Positions 58,293 through 64,000 of a DNA stretch of 64,000 nucleotides are shown here, in pieces. The notes under the pieces are model-generated. The model worked only from the letters and a program-made list of their open reading frames with translations, was not told the DNA's origin and made no database searches. A program made the translations under genes and the position numbers. The stretch is from an uncultured Planctomycetaceae bacterium (GTDB lineage: Bacteria; Planctomycetota; Planctomycetia; Planctomycetales; Planctomycetaceae), in contig CAXBME010000005.1 in assembly GCA_963976765.1 (NCBI GenBank), positions 248,001 to 312,000 of the forward strand. Reading direction: 5' to 3'. Each line of letters opens with the position of its first letter. The first letter of the stretch is position 1.

Positions 58293-59960
58293 ATGATCGG
58301 TCCAATCAAAGCTCTCAGTTGGGAATTCGTTCGTCGAATGTCGGCAACCGTCCCCCTGACAATCCCGATCATGATCATCGGACCGCTCGGTGTCGAAGGT
58401 CTGTTCCGAATTGCGAAGTTGTCGATGGAAGTTGCGGACATTCCACCATTGAGCTGGCACTGTGTGTACCTCACGCTGGGCTTCCTGCTGATGTCCGTTC
58501 CGCTGATTGAGGCCTTCAAGGGTGCGTCCCAGAGAATGTTTGCGTTTCCGGTATCGAATCAGTTCATCGCCAGCTGGATGGTGGCGGCCTCGATCGTGGC
58601 GGTCCTTGGGCAGGAATTGCTGGTGCACTGGTTGTACGGATTAACGCTTTCTGACTGGAGCTTACGAGCCGTCTTTGGTGACAACCACGGCTTGATCGGT
58701 CCATGCCAGCCAGTTTTTGCGACGACAATTTCCATGCTGACGGCGATGTACTGGAGCCTGAAAAAATTCAGCTTCCGGAAGCTTCTCGTTTGTGGCGTAC
58801 TCGGCAGCATTCTGATCTTCTGGTTTGCCCGGCATTACTACCCTTACGGTTTCAGCGCCGGAGCTGAGTCCTGGCTGGACTTCACAATTTTCGACACGAT
58901 GGTTTGCACCGCCGTCATTGCTTCGTCCTGGTTTGTTACCAGGAAAGGCATTGCGCGAGAGCGATGCGGTGACAACGTCGGGTTTTCCTTTGAGAATCGA
59001 GTCGAAGTCGCTTCGTCCTGGATCAAGGCGATCATCTTTCCCGACGGAGTCAGGGACCACGACTCGCCGGAAGCGGCGATTGCCTGGAGCCAATGGCGAA
59101 ATTGCGGGCGCGATGCTGCACTGGCTTCTGGAGTCGGGCTTGGAACGCTTCTGGCGATTTTGCTCTTCTTCACCAGTTTCGATTCACGTCGAGGTCTTGA
59201 GGGCATTGTTGTGCTGCTGTTTATCATTCCGGGCGTTGTTGGATTTCTGACAGGATCGGTGCTCGGGATTCTTGCACCATCAACCGCCCGCGAGCGGATC
59301 ACCATGTTTCTGGCGACGTCTCCTATGTCGGATGCGAGACTCGCGCGAGGGCTCCTGTCGAATGCCCGTCGGACGTCGCTGATTGCGTGGGCAGTGGCTG
59401 TTGCTCTCGGGCTGCTGTCACTCGGGGCGGCGGTCGTTTACAACGGCGTCGATTCCCTGCTCAGAGAAATTGACCGTTTCAACCAGACATCGGAGTGGTC
59501 ATACGGAGTGATGATCCTGCCCCTGGCGTTGCTCGCTTCTGGAATTCTCGCCTGGACGCTGACCGCAACTTTCGCTGTTCTGCACTGGACGGGGAATCAT
59601 CTCTTTCCATTCTTTGCAATCATCGGCGTTCTGGCTCACGTCATTCTACTGTCGCTGCTGAGCTTCTTCCTGGACAAGGAAACGATCACGCTGCTTCGTG
59701 AGGTGTCGATGAGCATTGCGGCGATTGCGATTGTGACCGGCTCGCTGTGGGCCTTTCAGACGACCATCCAAAGAAAAATGATGGCGCCGGGCTCCGCGAC
59801 GTTGCTCCTGAGTTTCTGGGGCGTCGAGTCGTTGCTGTGCTGGTTCATTGTGCCGGCACCGCCGCTGCATCGACTGTTTGTGATCGGCGTTCTGATGCTC
59901 AGCGTCAGTCCCTTCGCATTCGCTCCTTTGGCGATTTCGAGAAACCGGCACGTTGCATAG
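58293..59960 (+). CDS. ABC-2-type permease-like membrane protein
   Basis: Two halves of about 6 TM helices, each with a (F/T).P(V/M)S...(I/L)A motif; GAGGA RBS before ATG 58293. Confidence 0.78.
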   Translation: MIGPIKALSWEFVRRMSATVPLTIPIMIIGPLGVEGLFRIAKLSMEVADIPPLSWHCVYLTLGFLLMSVPLIEAFKGASQRMFAFPVSNQFIASWMVAASIVAVLGQELLVHWLYGLTLSDWSLRAVFGDNHGLIGPCQPVFATTISMLTAMYWSLKKFSFRKLLVCGVLGSILIFWFARHYYPYGFSAGAESWLDFTIFDTMVCTAVIASSWFVTRKGIARERCGDNVGFSFENRVEVASSWIKAIIFPDGVRDHDSPEAAIAWSQWRNCGRDAALASGVGLGTLLAILLFFTSFDSRRGLEGIVVLLFIIPGVVGFLTGSVLGILAPSTARERITMFLATSPMSDARLARGLLSNARRTSLIAWAVAVALGLLSLGAAVVYNGVDSLLREIDRFNQTSEWSYGVMILPLALLASGILAWTLTATFAVLHWTGNHLFPFFAIIGVLAHVILLSLLSFFLDKETITLLREVSMSIAAIAIVTGSLWAFQTTIQRKMMAPGSATLLLSFWGVESLLCWFIVPAPPLHRLFVIGVLMLSVSPFAFAPLAISRNRHVA

Positions 59961-60108
59961 CGGGTAAGTTGCAGCATGTTGGTCACCTGACGTTTCTCTG
60001 ACCGGCAGAGTTGCTACAACAACGCACTGAGTGGGCACCGCCCACCCTGCACATTACGAATCGGCTGCCGCACTCAACTCTTCAGACGGAATTCAAGAGG
60101 AATAAACC

Positions 60109-61959
60109 ATGAGACAACTGAAATGGCGATGGACGATTCCAGTATTGATCGCGGCGTTGCTGCTGACATCTCTCCAACCGACAGTTGCCGCCGATGGTGC
60201 AGACAAAGCAGCTGGCACGGTCGCCGTCTTCAGCATCGACGGAGGCGTCACTGAGAAACCTGGCGATGAAGAACTGGCGATTTTCACTGGCCAGTCGGCA
60301 GACTCGTTTCTGTCGCTCACGACTCGAATGCGAAAGACCATCGACGACGACGATGTCAAAGCCGTCGTAATTCTGGCGGGCAATACAGCTCCCGGACTTG
60401 CTCAGGCTGAGGAGCTGCACAAGCTTCTGGCCGATATCAAAAAGGCTGGCAAACCTGTCTATGTGCACGCCGACCAGTTGATGACTCGGCAGGTGATGAT
60501 TTTCAGCGGAGCGTCTGAGATCAGCATGTCGCCAACCGGGTACATCTTTCTGCACGGTCTGTACGGCGAGCAGGTTCATCTTCGAGGACTGCTCGACCGA
60601 CTGAGAATCAAACCAGACTTCATCACGATGGGCGCTTACAAAAGCGCTGCCGAAACTTTCATGCTCGAATCCGCTTCGCCGGCCGCTGCTGACATGACGA
60701 AGTGGCTGTTCGACGGGATGTACGATTCGACGGTCAACGCTCTTGCTTCAGGACGAGGAGTGACACCTGAAAAGGTGAAGACCTGGATCGACGACGGAAT
60801 TTACTCGGCCACGGAGGCCGCCAAAGCCGGCATTATTGATTCAGTTACTTATCGCCAGGATCTGGTTGAACAGATCAAGAAGAAGCACGGCGAGAATATT
60901 GCCTTCGACAATCGTTACGGTCGAAAGTCTCAACAGCAGATCGATTTCTCAAATCCGTTTGCCGCGTTGCAGCTCTGGGCGCAGATTCTGTCCGGGCCTT
61001 CGAAGAAGAAGTCGGACAAGGACTGCATCGCCGTTATTTATGTTGAAGGTTCGATTCTGCCTGGCACGCCGGCAGGTTCTCCATTTGGCGCCGCGAGTGG
61101 TGCTTACAGCACTCCGATCCGCAAAGCACTCGACGAGGCCGCAGAAGACGACACGATCAAAGCCGTCGTGCTGCGAGTGGACTCGCCCGGCGGTTCTGTC
61201 GTCGCCAGCGAAATCATTCTCGACGCGACTCGACGAGTGAAAGCGAACAAGCCAATCGTCATTTCAATGGGCAACACAGCCGCCAGCGGTGGCTACTACG
61301 TGAGCTGCGCTTCGGACACGATCTTCGCCGAGTCCGGCACAATCACCGGCTCGATCGGAGTTCTGTCCGGCAAGTTTGTCACCACCGACATGTGGAAAAG
61401 CGTCGGCATCAACTTCTCGCCGATTGCCCGAGGCAGGAAGGCCGGCATGCTCGGTTCGGCGACGGCTTTCACTGAAGGCGAACGAGCCCGCATGACGGCA
61501 TGGATGGAAGAAGTCTACGGACAGTTCAAAAGCCACGTGACGGCAATCCGAGGCGATCGCATGAAGAAGCCAATCGACGATCTGGCGGCTGGGCGAGTCT
61601 GGACTGGCCAGCAGGCTCTTGAGCACGGATTGGTCGACAAAATTGGTGGCATCCACGACGCGATTGCTTTCGTCGCTGACGAAGCAAAAGTGAAAGACTA
61701 CGAAGTCCGAGTGCTCCCTCGACCGAAGAACTTTGCCGAACTGCTGATGGGTGACCTGAATGGCGGCTCCGACAAGAAGTCGAAAACGCTATCGCTGGAA
61801 GCTTCCGTTTCTCAGGACAGTCTGTGGAAGTCTGTGCTGCCGCTGATGCAGGGGCTTGACCCCAACCGAGTCGCTGCCGTGCAGCAGGCCATCCAGCAAC
61901 TCGACATCGTCAGCCGCGAGCAGATTTCACTCAGCACGCCGATCCTGATTGCTGAGTAA
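60109..61959 (+). CDS. sppA: Signal peptide peptidase SppA (long form)
   Basis: Tandem S49 domains; GAYKSAAE, VLRVDSPGGS, SMGNTAASGGYY, TITGSIGV, GRVWTG.QA...GLVD.IG. Confidence 0.93.
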   Translation: MRQLKWRWTIPVLIAALLLTSLQPTVAADGADKAAGTVAVFSIDGGVTEKPGDEELAIFTGQSADSFLSLTTRMRKTIDDDDVKAVVILAGNTAPGLAQAEELHKLLADIKKAGKPVYVHADQLMTRQVMIFSGASEISMSPTGYIFLHGLYGEQVHLRGLLDRLRIKPDFITMGAYKSAAETFMLESASPAAADMTKWLFDGMYDSTVNALASGRGVTPEKVKTWIDDGIYSATEAAKAGIIDSVTYRQDLVEQIKKKHGENIAFDNRYGRKSQQQIDFSNPFAALQLWAQILSGPSKKKSDKDCIAVIYVEGSILPGTPAGSPFGAASGAYSTPIRKALDEAAEDDTIKAVVLRVDSPGGSVVASEIILDATRRVKANKPIVISMGNTAASGGYYVSCASDTIFAESGTITGSIGVLSGKFVTTDMWKSVGINFSPIARGRKAGMLGSATAFTEGERARMTAWMEEVYGQFKSHVTAIRGDRMKKPIDDLAAGRVWTGQQALEHGLVDKIGGIHDAIAFVADEAKVKDYEVRVLPRPKNFAELLMGDLNGGSDKKSKTLSLEASVSQDSLWKSVLPLMQGLDPNRVAAVQQAIQQLDIVSREQISLSTPILIAE

Positions 61960-62056
61960 TCGACTCTCAGAATTTGTCCGGTAGATTCACTGATCAAACG
62001 TCGCAGGGACCACATCGATTCCCTGCGGCGTTTTCCGACTTGGGAACTGAACGCAC

Positions 62057-63925
62057 TTAACTGTCCGGCGTAAGTTCAGTCAGCGTGATCTCCGAAAACC
62101 TGGCAGGACCGCCTTTTGTGGCGAGACGGATTTCGGGGAGTTCGCCGTTCGGTCGTCGTGGCACAGCGGCCAGCGGGCGTTCGTTGATTGAAACGAACCA
62201 TCCGTTCGGTTGTTGTTCGATGATGGCGGCTGCTTCGCCGCTGAACTGCGCAGGCGGGTTGCTGCCGAGAATCCTGAAGTCGCCGAGGTCGGAAGCTCGT
62301 TCGCCGACGCTGATTCCGGCTTCGCTGAACTGAAGGGCGTATCGTGGGCCATTGCGTTGCTCATGCGGCGCGAAACCGAAATGGATCTCGGCAGACTCAG
62401 CCTCCGCGCGATCAACAAAAACGATCAATCGGTAGAGTTCGATCGGCCGCTGCTGCCCGTCGTCTTTCTTGAAGAGCGTCCTCACGAGTAGTCCGTTGGT
62501 ACCTTCGAGCGTCGCTGACTGAGGCGGGACGATCCAGTTGCCGCTGCGTTGTTGCCAGCCTGCGGTGTTGATTCCGTTAAACAGTCGCAGCGAGGGGCCC
62601 AGATCTTTCATCCTGATTTTTGACGGCGGGACCGAGTGAGCGGCGTTCTTTCGCGACTCCAAAATCCAGGTCGTGCCGGCGACGGCCAACGCAGCTCCGA
62701 TAAACCCTTTAAGCAGGATCTGTCGGCGGTTCGAAGTCTTGTCGTCCGCGCATTGAGCATCTGCAAAACCAGAATCGGTTTTCAACTCGCCCGCGTCTAA
62801 CATTGCATTTGCTTGCTGAGGTTTCGCCAATTCCAGCGTTGGTGCCGACGACCCTGTGGCTGTCCTGCCGCCAAACAGGTCAGGGCAAACGCTGTCGATC
62901 AGTGAAAGCAGCTCCGGATAACTTTCCGGACGATCGTCGACCGATTGAGCCATCATTCGGTCAAGAAGTCTGTAAGTTCCCGGCGAGAGGCCGGGACGGA
63001 GTTCTTCCAGGCGTGTCAGGCGGTCAGCCAGCTTTCTGGCCATGATCTGAGTCAGGTTTGAACCATCGAACGGCGGCTTTCCGGACAGCATCTGGTAGAC
63101 GCTCGCTCCGAGCGAATAAACGTCGGCGCGAAGGTCGACATCACTCTGCTGAAACTGTTCGGGAGCCATGTAGTGAGGGCTGCCGACGGTGGTATTGTCC
63201 GACGTAAGTCGAGTACCCGACTCGTCGACGTTGGTCAGGATGGCCAGACCGAAGTCGGCGATCTTGACCAGCGGCATGTCGGCAGGAAACGGAATGCCTT
63301 CGGGTGGCTCGACCAGCAGCAGGTTGCCTGGTTTGATGTCTCGATGGACGACTCCGTGATTGGCCGCGTGAGCCAGGCCGGCCGCCGTTTGACGCGCGAT
63401 TCCCCAGGCGAGCCGTTCGTCGAGTGGGCCTTTCCGCTTGATCAGATCGGCAAGTTCTTCGCCCTCGACCAGCTCCATCGCGAAGTAGACGCGGCCATCG
63501 GTCTTGCCGAAGTCGTATCCGCCAACAATATTTGGATGCTGAAGCTGGGCGACCGTGCGTGCTTCCTGCTCGAACCGACTGAGCGCCGATGCCGAACCCA
63601 TTCGGTTGACGAGAACAGTCTTCAGGGCGACGGTTCTTCCGAGGTTCAACTGCTTCGCTTCATAGACGACACCCATGCCGCCCTTGCCGAGTACGCTCAG
63701 GATTTCGTAGCCGGGTACGGTTTCTTTCGGACGGAGCAGCGTCCCGATGATTTCAATTTCGATTGCGTCGAGCAGGCCCTTGCGCAGAGCCAGTGTCTCG
63801 GGAGCGACCGACGTCTGCCGACACTCTTCGGCTAACCGGGCAAGCGATGCCGACGTTGCGTAGTTCAGACGTTCGGCCAGTCTCAGAAATTCATCGGCCG
63901 CCGGGTTATTAACGTCGAACGTCAT
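62057..63925 (-). CDS. Ser/Thr protein kinase with C-terminal beta-rich domain
   Basis: LGKGGMGVVY, VALK, HRDIKPGNLL, KIADFGLA, GSPHYMAPEQ; one TM segment. Confidence 0.92.
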   Translation of the reverse strand: MTFDVNNPAADEFLRLAERLNYATSASLARLAEECRQTSVAPETLALRKGLLDAIEIEIIGTLLRPKETVPGYEILSVLGKGGMGVVYEAKQLNLGRTVALKTVLVNRMGSASALSRFEQEARTVAQLQHPNIVGGYDFGKTDGRVYFAMELVEGEELADLIKRKGPLDERLAWGIARQTAAGLAHAANHGVVHRDIKPGNLLLVEPPEGIPFPADMPLVKIADFGLAILTNVDESGTRLTSDNTTVGSPHYMAPEQFQQSDVDLRADVYSLGASVYQMLSGKPPFDGSNLTQIMARKLADRLTRLEELRPGLSPGTYRLLDRMMAQSVDDRPESYPELLSLIDSVCPDLFGGRTATGSSAPTLELAKPQQANAMLDAGELKTDSGFADAQCADDKTSNRRQILLKGFIGAALAVAGTTWILESRKNAAHSVPPSKIRMKDLGPSLRLFNGINTAGWQQRSGNWIVPPQSATLEGTNGLLVRTLFKKDDGQQRPIELYRLIVFVDRAEAESAEIHFGFAPHEQRNGPRYALQFSEAGISVGERASDLGDFRILGSNPPAQFSGEAAAIIEQQPNGWFVSINERPLAAVPRRPNGELPEIRLATKGGPARFSEITLTELTPDS

Positions 63926-64000
63926 TCGGCTGCTGGTTTCTCGCTGGAGGAAGTTTCATTCGAAGCTGTCTCCGGTTCCGGATCGACGACTGGCGTGTCT

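Overview
Bacterial chromosomal window, most likely from a planctomycete (DUF1549/1553-DUF1501-WD40 cluster, PQQ-like propeller, sulfatase, several Ser/Thr kinases, short PheT). Most of it is housekeeping or typical planctomycete content: HU 3' end, MsbA-like ABC transporter, lepA, pdxH, a WXG100-like gene pair, XylR-type regulator, hpnC, GH88/105, pheT, yebC, thiC, a YtrA-type GntR/ABC operon and sppA. The standout is a 6.5-kb, visibly AT-richer integrative element (24717-31329) inserted at the 3' end of tRNA-Val(CAC) and bounded by 116-bp direct repeats with one mismatch. It encodes a tyrosine integrase whose reading frame crosses the att site, so excision would swap an 8-aa C-terminal tail for a 45-aa tail. 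It also encodes an AlpA/Xis-like HTH protein, a secreted CsgG/FlgT-like cargo protein and a minimal, exonuclease-less family-A-polymerase-like protein. About 1 kb of non-coding DNA precedes the polymerase-like gene, containing two 73-bp direct repeats and a dense run of hairpins that ends in an intrinsic terminator. This polymerase plus structured nucleic acid module is the best candidate here for an undescribed system. A decayed integrase remnant outside the left repeat indicates earlier occupation of the same site. All calls are by-eye motif recognition; no database search was run.
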